From Candidatus Heimdallarchaeota archaeon (lineage in GTDB: Archaea; Asgardarchaeota; Heimdallarchaeia; Heimdallarchaeales; Heimdallarchaeaceae), in the NCBI GenBank assembly GCA_019057375.1, contig DXJF01000067.1, positions 1 through 27,534 of the forward strand: a DNA stretch of 27,534 bases. The letters are read 5' to 3'. Under the pieces are notes generated by a model that saw nothing but the letters and a program-made list of their open reading frames with translations, was not told the origin of the DNA and searched no databases. Of the stretch, positions 1 through 8,728 are shown one piece after another (positions within the stretch are counted from its first letter, which is position 1; each line of letters starts with the position of its first letter). The position numbers and the translations under genes were made by a program.

Positions 1-534
1 CTTGAAAACAATGTCAAGAAAAAGCTAAAAGTCAATCTTGATAAACCAGAGTACACCTTGCAGGTTGAAGTAAGGGACAAGAACGCTTACATTTTCGATA
101 GGATATCTAAAGGAATTGGGGGCCTTCCAGTTGAAAGTCAAGGTCGAGTATTAGTTATTGCTTCAAATGAAGAGGAAGATATTTCAAATATTTTACATCT
201 CTATAAAAGAGGAGGAATAACATATGTTTATTCGATTGAAAATCAAGAGAATATTAATGATGAAACCTTACAATTATTACACAAGATGTTGGATTTACAA
301 CCAAGGCTGAAAAACGATAAAAATCGTATGTTTCTACTAACCAATGAATTCGATATTAGCCAAATGCTTGATTTTTATAAAGAGAATCAATGTCTAGCTA
401 TGACAATGACAAAAGCAATTTTCAATAAGATCTCTTCTGAAATCCCCACCTCAATTCCAATATTTATTCCTCATCTAGCAGTTGATATTGATAAACACGA
501 AATAGAAGATTTTCTTTCAGTACTAACCAATTAA
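1..534 (+). CDS. ThiI-like THUMP-domain protein, 5'-truncated, with degenerate PP-loop
   Basis: Frame 1 is open from base 1: LENNVKKKLKVNLDKPEYTLQVEVRDK...GIGGLPVESQGRVLV matches the ThiI THUMP end and linker (VNLxxP...EVR...GxGGLPxGxxG). SNEEED occupies the SGGxDS position. IPHLAVDIDKHEI resembles the ThiI RPLxxxDKxEI motif. Confidence 0.7.
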   Translation, partial: LENNVKKKLKVNLDKPEYTLQVEVRDKNAYIFDRISKGIGGLPVESQGRVLVIASNEEEDISNILHLYKRGGITYVYSIENQENINDETLQLLHKMLDLQPRLKNDKNRMFLLTNEFDISQMLDFYKENQCLAMTMTKAIFNKISSEIPTSIPIFIPHLAVDIDKHEIEDFLSVLTN

Positions 535-1136
535 TGTCTTATAATCTCTCCATCAGGATATTCTTCGGAAAAAATAATTCCTTGGAATTTTTGAACAGTA
601 ATCGTTTCTTTTTTCCAAATGTCAATTGGTAAGTAAGCTTTTCTGCATGTATATGATAGAAATTCTTCCTTATTCCAATTCTGCTCTATTGGAACTTGAG
701 GAAGTAACAAACCTTTAGATCCTTTATATTCAACTATGAGACCATCACCAGGTACAGTTATTTGATCAAGTAATTCTTGTGGTGTTTCATATACTATTGT
801 TTGAGGAGGAGTCATAATTGTAACTTCAAAAACTAACTCAGAAAACTCTGCTTTCTCAACTGGAGGAAACCTAGGATCTTCCATCGTGGAAGATTTAGCT
901 AAATTAATAATCTCCTCGTATAATGGTTTTATGCCTATCGGATAACCTATACATCCTCTCAGAGATGTTAGACCATCAACTTGGGTTTTGACAGTAACAA
1001 AAGCTCCTGTTACAATTTCAGCTTGTGAAGGGATTGGCTCTATAGCTTGTGGCTTTAAATTATCTACAATCCATTGTTTTGCAGCAAACCTCGCTAATTT
1101 AACTAAATAAATACCAGTTTCATCCTCAATTTCCAT
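531..1136 (-). CDS. AMMECR1 family protein
   Basis: Motifs GAFVT, LRGCIGY, EDPRFPPV, GLLLPQV, EQNW and CRKA are typical of AMMECR1/TIGR00296. Confidence 0.93.
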   Translation of the reverse strand: MEIEDETGIYLVKLARFAAKQWIVDNLKPQAIEPIPSQAEIVTGAFVTVKTQVDGLTSLRGCIGYPIGIKPLYEEIINLAKSSTMEDPRFPPVEKAEFSELVFEVTIMTPPQTIVYETPQELLDQITVPGDGLIVEYKGSKGLLLPQVPIEQNWNKEEFLSYTCRKAYLPIDIWKKETITVQKFQGIIFSEEYPDGEIIRH

Positions 1137-1150
1137 TTATCTCACTATTG

Positions 1151-1609
1151 CTATAGTTCACTAATTGTCTTTTTTATATCTTCCCAGTGGCTCCCAAGCC
1201 AATAAATTTGCAAGCATTTTGAGCACTCCCAAAAATCATCGTAATTCTTAGCAGTTCCCTCAGGGATTCTATTTAAAACATCTAATTTGCTTTTCTCTTT
1301 CAAATCACCATTGCAGAGACTACATCGCATCTTTAGAGGATGACAAGTGAAATCAACATCAAAATAGTCTTTTATTTCTCTAAGCTGCCCAGAAACTTCT
1401 ATATTAGAAAGAAAAAGAGTTTTTATCTCCCTTTTTATACATAATTGAAAAACTTCTTGAGATCTAGAAAGAACATTTCTATTATCATCTACTGAGACTT
1501 GGAGCATTTCATCAACAGATTCATTAGTACGATACAATGTATCAAACCCTAAAAAGCGTAAATATCGGGATAATTTCCCGAGCATTGAATCTGCATAAAA
1601 TTTACACAT
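1151..1609 (-). CDS. Mut7-C RNase (PIN-like, DUF82) domain protein with Zn ribbon
   Basis: FYADSMLGKLSRYLRFLGFDT at the N-terminus; RCSLCNG and FWECSKCLQIYWLGSHW at the C-terminus. Confidence 0.92.
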   Translation of the reverse strand: MCKFYADSMLGKLSRYLRFLGFDTLYRTNESVDEMLQVSVDDNRNVLSRSQEVFQLCIKREIKTLFLSNIEVSGQLREIKDYFDVDFTCHPLKMRCSLCNGDLKEKSKLDVLNRIPEGTAKNYDDFWECSKCLQIYWLGSHWEDIKKTISEL

Positions 1610-2201
1610 TACTTTCTATCAACTCTTCAGGAGCACAACTTGAACACATGTATAAACCTTGACTGAAAATCAAACGATCAGAATATTCTCTACAATCATC
1701 ACAATAACCTGCAAAATCTAGGGATTCATCGTGTTCTGTGTCTTCTGCCATTAATTTAAGATATTCTTGTTCTAGTAAGATTAATTGCGGAACTACTTTG
1801 AATACATCTGAATCTGTACATATTCCAAAAATTTTTCCTTCAGAGTTTGTAATAACAAGATGTCTTATACCTTCTGTGAACATAGTTTGCATAGCTTGGA
1901 TGATAGTTAGGGATGGAGATGCTGTAATCAATGGTGAAGACATAGCCTCTTTTGCAGTAACACTATCCGCTCTTTTGTTCTTGGCAATAACATGTTTGAT
2001 TAAATTCTCTTTAGTTATGATACCAACATTTTTTTCACCATTATCAACTACTACAACAGATCCGATTCGATTTTCAATTAGAAGCTTTGCACAAACTTCA
2101 GTTGAGGTATTTGGAGTAACTGTAATAACACTCTTAGTCATAATTTCTTTTACAGCCATATCGAATTTTTTCTCATCGAAGATAGATTTCATTTTTTCCA
2201 T
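1602..2201 (-). CDS. CBS-pair protein with C-terminal Zn ribbon
   Basis: Two CBS repeats (VKEIMTKSVITV...IGSVVVVD...VGIIT; AKEAMSSPLIT...IRHLVIT...GICTDSD) followed by CDDC...CSSC. Start placed at ATG 2201 because a TATA-like palindrome lies at 2233-2244; the ORF track extends to 2261. Confidence 0.85.
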   Translation of the reverse strand: MEKMKSIFDEKKFDMAVKEIMTKSVITVTPNTSTEVCAKLLIENRIGSVVVVDNGEKNVGIITKENLIKHVIAKNKRADSVTAKEAMSSPLITASPSLTIIQAMQTMFTEGIRHLVITNSEGKIFGICTDSDVFKVVPQLILLEQEYLKLMAEDTEHDESLDFAGYCDDCREYSDRLIFSQGLYMCSSCAPEELIESNV

Positions 2202-2232
2202 CCTTTGTTTTATAATAACAAATAAATTTAGT

Positions 2233-2244
2233 ACCTTTAAAGGT
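2233..2244 (-). promoter_or_regulatory. Palindromic TATA-like element ACCTTTAAAGGT upstream of the CBS gene
   Basis: Perfect 12-bp palindrome with a TTTAAA core about 30 bp upstream of ATG 2201, which is archaeal TATA spacing. Confidence 0.4.
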
Positions 2245-2274
2245 TTTACACTATTAGTCAATATGGCCCAGATT

Positions 2275-4293
2275 TTACATTTTAACTATGTCTGAATCTC
2301 CTGGGATGAATGGTAAAAGATCATTTACTGACAACGCATCAATTTTGTATTTTTCTTCTTCTTGACATTGTACGAGTAGTTTTCCTTTTATCTCTTTTAC
2401 AATTTTTCCCTTAGGAATATCTCCAGGTTTTATTTGAACATAAATATCAGTCTTACTGCTAATACTACTAGTAGGACCTCCAATCACTTGTGCATAGTTC
2501 TCGTAAAGGATTACCCCTATTGCATGATCTATTTCTATATTTTTTGAATAGGTTTTTTCTCCATAGATCATTACACTTCCTTTAGCCAAGAATTGACCTG
2601 AGGGAGCTGTTAGACTTACTTGATCTGGAAGTACATTGTAAACATCTCCAACCAATTTTTTATCCTTCCACAAACTAGAATAGTTAAGTGCAAAAGTAGC
2701 TACCTCTTGTATACACTCATCAGAAAGATCACTCTGACCATCTTTAACTACAACATAAGGGGCCCCATGGACATCAGCATGGAAGAACAAATCATTTTCA
2801 TCTAGATATGTTTTCAAGATTCTTTCATTCACTTTTGCGTCAGTTCCTCCTAGAACTATGTGTTCTTGACAAATAAACCAGTGGAATTTCTCATACCACT
2901 TCTTTGAGCGTTTGACAACCAGAGGTTTGCTTTCCTTTTCTTTCACAATTATTTCTTTAGTTGATTCAGTATCGTTAATTTGGATTTTAGTCCGTTCTAT
3001 AGCTTGTAATGCACCGGGTATTTTTCTTCTACCTTTCTTTGCCTTTTCATAGAATAAGTTTGCACTCTCAGTTAATGTTTTTGTAAAGTCTAATTCAAGC
3101 AATTCATAATTTCCTGATTCAGTATCTAGAAGTTTAACAACAATCGATTTTGTTTTGGGTTCTATTTTCTCCAAAATCTTAGCTGAAGGCATTTCTTTTT
3201 CTTTTGCTAATGATAATTTGGCTATTATTTCTTCCCAAGGAACATCAGACCTTCTAGCCTGTAAAATTGTTGTTAAAAGCTCTTCTACATTTACAAAATT
3301 GGAATATATTAAATCACCTTTCTTCTTCTCATCGATTTCTTGCTTCCTGAGTTTCTCTAAATGTTTCTCTTGATTTGAAAGCTTTTTCTGATATTTTGTT
3401 AATTTACTAGAAACTTGTGACCTATCTTCAACAAATTCAGGTTCTTCTTCAAAAAGTGAAAAGAACTCATCAAGCTCATCATTAAATGAACTGACTTCTT
3501 CTTGTTCAAGGTCTTCATAACGGGAAAGAGGTATGGGAGTAATATCAACCATTTCACCCTCATCTAAGTATTTGATTGGTTCGAAGTCAGTGGTCTTAAT
3601 AATTTCTTGAAGGGATAGAACTTCTTCACATAACTTCTTAATTTCATTTTCTTTTAATTCTTCTGAGTTCTTTGAAACTATCCCTGCACGAGCAAGTACT
3701 TCTTTTGAGTAAATAGGCCCTAAGTCCATCATTTCATTTAAAACAGCAACAATTTTACCTGAAGAACTAGTGATCTTTTCAATAATGGCGGGTTCAGTAA
3801 GATTAGTGATGTTATCTGAAGATGCAGGGGGGAAAATGTATTCTTTTCCAGGATGAATATCACGATCTCTCATTCTTCGGTATTTGTATGCAAGAATAAT
3901 TTTATCGTTAGGACCGATTAAAATAAGATTTCCATTTCCAAAAAGTTCTACTACAAGCTTGTAAAATCCGCCTTTGTAAGCAATTTCTATAACAATTACT
4001 CTATCAATTTTTCTTTGATAAAAATTCTTAACTGGTAAATCCCTAATATGCTTCCTCATTGATAGGACTTTATTATTAGGTGTAGTAGGTTTCTTTCTCT
4101 CATAGTTGGTTATATGGATTCGCTTTCCTGGTTCTATTAAGAGTTCAAAAGGACTTTCTGTTGACTTGCGAAACCTTAATATAACCAAATTTTCCCCGAT
4201 TGAATAAATATTGTTAACCCAGCTGTCAACAATCTTTGGGCATATTTCAGCGACCAAAGCAGCTATGTCAATGCTTGATAATGAAGTCTTCAT
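2275..4293 (-). CDS. rqcH: Ribosome quality-control factor RqcH/Rqc2 (NFACT/NEMF family)
   Basis: MKTSLSSIDIAALV start with GGTGA RBS at 4299-4303; DR motifs (IDRVI, RMRDRDI); ELFGNGNLIL; central coiled coils; NFACT-R motifs WYEKFHWF and FFHADVHGAPYVVVK. Confidence 0.93.
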   Translation of the reverse strand: MKTSLSSIDIAALVAEICPKIVDSWVNNIYSIGENLVILRFRKSTESPFELLIEPGKRIHITNYERKKPTTPNNKVLSMRKHIRDLPVKNFYQRKIDRVIVIEIAYKGGFYKLVVELFGNGNLILIGPNDKIILAYKYRRMRDRDIHPGKEYIFPPASSDNITNLTEPAIIEKITSSSGKIVAVLNEMMDLGPIYSKEVLARAGIVSKNSEELKENEIKKLCEEVLSLQEIIKTTDFEPIKYLDEGEMVDITPIPLSRYEDLEQEEVSSFNDELDEFFSLFEEEPEFVEDRSQVSSKLTKYQKKLSNQEKHLEKLRKQEIDEKKKGDLIYSNFVNVEELLTTILQARRSDVPWEEIIAKLSLAKEKEMPSAKILEKIEPKTKSIVVKLLDTESGNYELLELDFTKTLTESANLFYEKAKKGRRKIPGALQAIERTKIQINDTESTKEIIVKEKESKPLVVKRSKKWYEKFHWFICQEHIVLGGTDAKVNERILKTYLDENDLFFHADVHGAPYVVVKDGQSDLSDECIQEVATFALNYSSLWKDKKLVGDVYNVLPDQVSLTAPSGQFLAKGSVMIYGEKTYSKNIEIDHAIGVILYENYAQVIGGPTSSISSKTDIYVQIKPGDIPKGKIVKEIKGKLLVQCQEEEKYKIDALSVNDLLPFIPGDSDIVKM

Positions 4294-4439
4294 TGAAATC
4301 ACCGGTGAGTAAATTGCGTCTTGATATAAAAGGAATATTTATCCGAGTTAAAAATTATTTGAAAGGGAAGATATCCCGAGGATATAAGAAAACAAAAGAG
4401 GGATTGAAACCTAAAAATATTATTGAAAAATTAAAAAAT

Positions 4440-4739
4440 ATGCCTACACTTGACAAGGTTTACTGGTCCAAAGTTCTTACAGCATTTGGTGGTGGAATCA
4501 TCTTTGGTGTGTCTAATTTTACATCATGGCCCGCAGGATTAACAATGTTAGCTATATTCTTAGCAATTTCTACTTTCTGGTTTCTAAGATATAGAAAGAT
4601 AGAAACAGGAATTAAAGTACGTCAATATTATATGTCTGCCATGTTTCAGTATTTCCTATCATTTGTAGCTGTATGGGCGCTAATATGGAATATAACATAT
4701 GTTCCCGCTACTCAGTGGTTTTTCCCAATTAAAGGATAA
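4440..4739 (+). CDS. EMC6/RAB5IF(OPTI)-like three-TM membrane protein
   Basis: DKVYWSKVLTAFGGGIIFGV...FQYFLSFVAVWALIWNI parallels the RAB5IF pattern DVIYW...A...G.IWG...F..F...W.I.Y, with three hydrophobic segments. The ORF-track start at 4236 overlaps rqcH and is unlikely; ATG 4440 or TTG 4404 is more plausible. Confidence 0.65.
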   Translation: MPTLDKVYWSKVLTAFGGGIIFGVSNFTSWPAGLTMLAIFLAISTFWFLRYRKIETGIKVRQYYMSAMFQYFLSFVAVWALIWNITYVPATQWFFPIKG

Positions 4740-4763
4740 GTCAAATATCTAAGGTGAGGTCAA

Positions 4764-5084
4764 ATGAGCTCAAAGAAGAGAAAACAAGAACCTGAACCGG
4801 AAACTGAAATCAATCTTCCATTGATGCAAAGACCAAAATTCAAACTATTTTATACAATGGCGGTCATTAGTTTCTTCAGTTTAGGTGTAATTCTTCTTAT
4901 TCTTTCATATTCAATTTGGGCTGATAATAGCTATGTTATGTTCATTGCACTCGGAGTCCTTGGAGTTGGAATTATTCTTCTTACAATGAGATCCTCACAT
5001 AGAGGTTCTTCTCCCTCAAGTGATAAGCAAGAAGAAGAAAAAGAAAAAGACAAAGACACTCTTCAAATGAGAACCCGAAGATGA
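4764..5084 (+). CDS. Small two-TM membrane protein with charged termini, function unknown
   Basis: AAGGTGAGG RBS upstream; two hydrophobic segments; oligo-T run right after the stop. Confidence 0.75.
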   Translation: MSSKKRKQEPEPETEINLPLMQRPKFKLFYTMAVISFFSLGVILLILSYSIWADNSYVMFIALGVLGVGIILLTMRSSHRGSSPSSDKQEEEKEKDKDTLQMRTRR

Positions 5085-5170
5085 TTTTTTTCTTACCTTA
5101 ACACCAAACACTTTTATTTAGTAATACTATGGAGTTACCAACAATCAAATATTCCGACAAAAATTGTTAG

Positions 5171-5542
5171 TTGAACGATATGAATGAATTAGGATTTCAG
5201 GAAAAAGTTGGTCAATTTCTTAATAGGTATGGTAAAGTAAAGAAACTAAAAGAAGATAAGATAGATAATAGTAGTAGAATTTTACCATATATTGTTGAAA
5301 ATGAAGACCAAAAGTTTGCAGTTTTTGCTTATCATTGGAAGAAGAGTATTGGAACAAATACCATTATCAGAACTGAACATCAAATTAGTGATATGAATTG
5401 TGATGGGGCTATAATCATTGGTAATAGATTTTCACAAAATTCCTACGATATGGTTAGTGACACAAATAAAAGAAGAACTACAAGAATCATCCTCATCAAG
5501 ATGAATGAGATGGAAGAAATCCTAAGCATTAGAGCCTCATAA
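5171..5542 (+). CDS. Mrr-like restriction-endonuclease-fold protein, apparently inactive
   Basis: FQEKVGQFL...FAVFAYHWKKSIG...DGAIIIGNRFS...IILI follows the Mrr_cat pattern (FE..V..LL / AVQCKxY...VG / GIxVT..FT / I.LID), but the catalytic D and QxK are absent. Start is TTG 5171 or ATG 5180. Confidence 0.5.
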   Translation: MNDMNELGFQEKVGQFLNRYGKVKKLKEDKIDNSSRILPYIVENEDQKFAVFAYHWKKSIGTNTIIRTEHQISDMNCDGAIIIGNRFSQNSYDMVSDTNKRRTTRIILIKMNEMEEILSIRAS

Positions 5543-5702
5543 GATACTTTCCACCAGGAAGAAAAATAATTAATAACCAAATCAATGTTTTATATGCAGA
5601 TAATATAGTAGAGGCTTTATTTTTCAAATATTTCTTTAACTTGTAATTCAACAAACATTACAGAAACATTAAAAAGCGTACGGAATAAATTTACTTTGAC
5701 TA

Positions 5703-6362
5703 ATGATTTCGCAGATACGAGAACCACTTTCAAAACTTGCTCAACCTATAATTATTTTCTTTGCGAAAATGAAAATTCACCCAACTGTCTTCACATATAT
5801 TGGTTTGTTATTATCAGTAGCAGCAGGTGTTTTTCTTGCATATGAAAATCCTCTAGTTGGATTTATTTTTATTTGGTTTGCTGGGGCAATGGATTTCGTC
5901 GATGGAGGTGTAGCAAGATACAGGGGTTTAGATTCAAAGAAAGGATCCTTCATTGATAGTGTTATTGATAGAGTAAGTGACTTAGCAGTCTTTACAGGCA
6001 TAATCTTCAGTGACTGGGTAGATGGTGTAACCGGTGGTATAATGGTAGGGTCAGCTCTTCTGATCAGTTATGTTCGAGCCAAAGGCGAGAGCGTAGGAGT
6101 CGAAAGAATGACTGTAGGCATTATGGAAAGAGCAGAAAGATGGATGGTTTTGATGGTATTACTGTTTGTAGCAGTAATTGTTCCAAATCAAACATTCATA
6201 GCAACAAGATGGTGGATTGCAGGAGAACCTATTTCATATTTCTCTCTAGGATATATGATCTTAACAGCTCTGTGTGTTCTAACAGTACTTCAAAGGTTCA
6301 TCTATGTATCTATTCAACTCAAAAAAGCAGAAACTTCACAAGAGGTTCAAGTGCAAAAATAG
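5703..6362 (+). CDS. CDP-alcohol phosphatidyltransferase, archaetidylinositol-phosphate synthase-like
   Basis: Signature DGxxARx8GxxxDxxxD (DFVDGGVARYRGLDSKKGSFIDSVIDRVSD), plus SYVRAKGES and GIMERAER typical of PgsA/AIP synthases. Confidence 0.88.
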   Translation: MISQIREPLSKLAQPIIIFFAKMKIHPTVFTYIGLLLSVAAGVFLAYENPLVGFIFIWFAGAMDFVDGGVARYRGLDSKKGSFIDSVIDRVSDLAVFTGIIFSDWVDGVTGGIMVGSALLISYVRAKGESVGVERMTVGIMERAERWMVLMVLLFVAVIVPNQTFIATRWWIAGEPISYFSLGYMILTALCVLTVLQRFIYVSIQLKKAETSQEVQVQK

Positions 6363-6489
6363 AAAAAAACTGTTTCTTTTTTTATTATTTCTTGTTTTAT
6401 ACATTCAAATAAGCCTAGAACACAGATTTAACCCCAAGGATAAATGTTTTATAGTTAAGAACCTTTGGGACATCAGAAATGGTGATTTT

Positions 6490-6810
6490 GTGGCTAATAA
6501 TAGAGGTAGAAAGAACAAGAAACAGAATATTAACGACTTGAAAGCTGATAAACAAAAAGAACCAATAAAAGATTTTTCACAAACAAAGGATATAGTCAAA
6601 GCTCTATCTGGAGAAATTGGACCTTTAGTAGAGCAACTTCTTGGAGCAGTCTATAATGTTGAGGTTGCAGAAGATTTTGCTGACTCCTTAATTCGAATTT
6701 ACAAAAAATTAAGGGATGAAGGAATTACCAAAACAACAGCAGAAAAAATACTTTGTGAATACTCATCCAATGTAGACCGGTTCGCTTCTATGTTGAAGAA
6801 AAAAGAATAA
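6490..6810 (+). CDS. Small helical hypothetical protein
   Basis: Likely GTG start at 6490 (MANNRGRK...); the longer ORF-track version overlaps the upstream gene and its terminator. Amphipathic helices such as FADSLIRIYKKLRDEGITKTTAEKIL. Confidence 0.65.
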   Translation: MANNRGRKNKKQNINDLKADKQKEPIKDFSQTKDIVKALSGEIGPLVEQLLGAVYNVEVAEDFADSLIRIYKKLRDEGITKTTAEKILCEYSSNVDRFASMLKKKE

Positions 6811-6889
6811 TCACCAAACAGACACATTTCCTATTGACCAAGTTTAAACAAGGGATAAAGTTCCAAAAAGATAACTCTGAGGTACAAAA

Positions 6890-7180
6890 ATGGGTAAATT
6901 TTCAATATTTAATCTAATAACTACTCTGTATTATAGATTTGTACTTAGAATAAAACTCAGTTGGTACTCCAGAAAGAAAAGTAAGAAGAAAAAAATGATT
7001 AAAGCGTTCTTAGTTAACAAACTAGAAAAGGAAAAATATAATGAAAAATATATTGAAAAAATTGCAGAGAACTATCTTAAAACCGGCGAAATCTTTTTAG
7101 ATCAAAAAAATATGCGCACTGCATTTAGAGTCAATAGGTTATTGGTTCCTAAAAAAACTAAGGGTAAAAGCAAGAACTGA
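6890..7180 (+). CDS. Small basic hypothetical protein
   Basis: ATG-started 96-aa ORF in the run direction, Lys-rich, with a helical core FLVNKLEKEKYNEKYIEKIAENYL. Confidence 0.6.
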   Translation: MGKFSIFNLITTLYYRFVLRIKLSWYSRKKSKKKKMIKAFLVNKLEKEKYNEKYIEKIAENYLKTGEIFLDQKNMRTAFRVNRLLVPKKTKGKSKN

Positions 7181-7260
7181 AAACCTTTTTGTCTGAGAAG
7201 TGTTTTATCCATTTCAAAATCTTTATTTTAGTGAAAGAAAGCTCTAATTTGGGTTATTCT

Positions 7261-7947
7261 ATGTCTAAACCAAAGAAGTATAAAGGCGAAACTATCTATG
7301 ATTATGTTCCTGATTATTATCCAACTACAAATGTAGACAATCCTGTTTTTACAAAACTACCGCCAGGAAGAAAGGATTCAAGGATGAAAGATGTTGAAAG
7401 AGAACTTGTACAATATTGGGAAATTATCCATCCGATGGTAAGAGAATATCTAATCACAGTGGTTAGATATATGAATGAATTTGGAGAAGGATCTGAGGAT
7501 CTCGAACATCTAAGAAGAGCATTAGATTTGGAATTAACAAACTCATCAGAGTTGTCTGAAGAAAATAGACAACTGAAAGCTCAAATTTCTGACTTAGTAA
7601 TTGATAAGAAAGCTTTGAATGAGAAAATAAATGACCTTTTAGATGCAAGACCAAAAGCATCAGCAGAGGAAATTAATGCTATGAAACTTCTTGTTTCTTC
7701 ACAAACAGATTTGTCAGCAGCTGATATTGATGAGAAAATGAGAAAAGCAATTCAAGAAGTCAGAGAAAGTGTAGAGATGAAAAAAGCAAATGAGGATCGA
7801 GCTAAGATGAAAAAGGAACTTGAGGTAGCAAAAGAGCACTTTGAGAAAACTCAAACTGAAGTAGGTACAACATTTCAGAAGAAACTACTAGAAGCTCAGA
7901 GTAGAATAGATGAACTAGAAGAAGAATTAGCTCAGCATAAAGAGTAA
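7261..7947 (+). CDS. Coiled-coil protein, function unknown
   Basis: ATG 7261; heptad-rich segments (LSEENRQLKAQISDL; LLEAQSRIDELEEEL); stop overlaps the next start by 1 nt (TAATG). Confidence 0.8.
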   Translation: MSKPKKYKGETIYDYVPDYYPTTNVDNPVFTKLPPGRKDSRMKDVERELVQYWEIIHPMVREYLITVVRYMNEFGEGSEDLEHLRRALDLELTNSSELSEENRQLKAQISDLVIDKKALNEKINDLLDARPKASAEEINAMKLLVSSQTDLSAADIDEKMRKAIQEVRESVEMKKANEDRAKMKKELEVAKEHFEKTQTEVGTTFQKKLLEAQSRIDELEEELAQHKE

Positions 7948-8717
7948 TGAGGATGAATAATTTGCGCAAATGGAATTTCAAAGTGGTTTTAGCAGGACCA
8001 GGAGCAGTTGGTAAAACCTCTATTCGAGAAAGATATATGGGAAAGGGATTTGAGTCTAGTTATCTCAAAACTATTGGTGCTGATTTCGCAAGTAAAAAAA
8101 TACAAAAAGAGGAAGACCTAATCACATTTCAAATCTGGGATTTAGCTGGTCAAGACAGCTATCAAGTTGTTCGAAGTACCTTCTATAAGGGCGCCATAGC
8201 AGGAATTCTCGTTTTTGATTGTCAAGATCCCACTACAATGACCAATCTAAAAGAATGGTTAGATGAAGCTATCAAAGGGTCAAATAATAGCATACTTGTT
8301 TATATTGTCATTGCCAATAAAATCGATTTAGAAGAGGAGAGGCGAGTTTCTCGTGATATGGCTTTAGAGTTTTGTAATCGTATGAAAACTGAAACAGGCA
8401 TTCGGTTTTATTATAGTGAAACCAGTGCTTTAACTGGACAAAACATACAAGAAACTTTTGAATTTCTTTCTGACAAATTACTTGAAGTTAACAACATAAA
8501 AAATGCAATACCTTTTGCAAAGACTAATGGTATCATTGATCTTGATGATTATGATGAAACCCCAAAAGAGGTTTTATCTGTTTCAGTTTCTTCAGATTCA
8601 GTTTCTCGAGATGAATTCACTGAACTTCAGAATAGAATACAAGCAATTGAAGAGAGATTAAATACTATTCAAACAATAATTAAGAAAATCGTTGAAAAAA
8701 TCCAAGAAGAAGAATAG
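7947..8717 (+). CDS. Rab-like small GTPase with C-terminal coiled-coil extension
   Basis: G1 GPGAVGKT, G2 YLKTIGADF, G3 WDLAGQ, G4 NKID, G5 ETSA; tail FTELQNRIQAIEERLNTIQTII. Confidence 0.92.
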   Translation: MRMNNLRKWNFKVVLAGPGAVGKTSIRERYMGKGFESSYLKTIGADFASKKIQKEEDLITFQIWDLAGQDSYQVVRSTFYKGAIAGILVFDCQDPTTMTNLKEWLDEAIKGSNNSILVYIVIANKIDLEEERRVSRDMALEFCNRMKTETGIRFYYSETSALTGQNIQETFEFLSDKLLEVNNIKNAIPFAKTNGIIDLDDYDETPKEVLSVSVSSDSVSRDEFTELQNRIQAIEERLNTIQTIIKKIVEKIQEEE

Positions 8718-8728
8718 AGTTTTACACC

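Noticed and set aside
1738-2295. 185-aa plus-strand ORF
   Set aside because: Antisense shadow of the CBS gene; no motifs.
4371-4385. Inverted repeat ATATCC-CGA-GGATAT in the rqcH divergent region
   Set aside because: Only 6 bp, which is expected by chance in AT-rich DNA.
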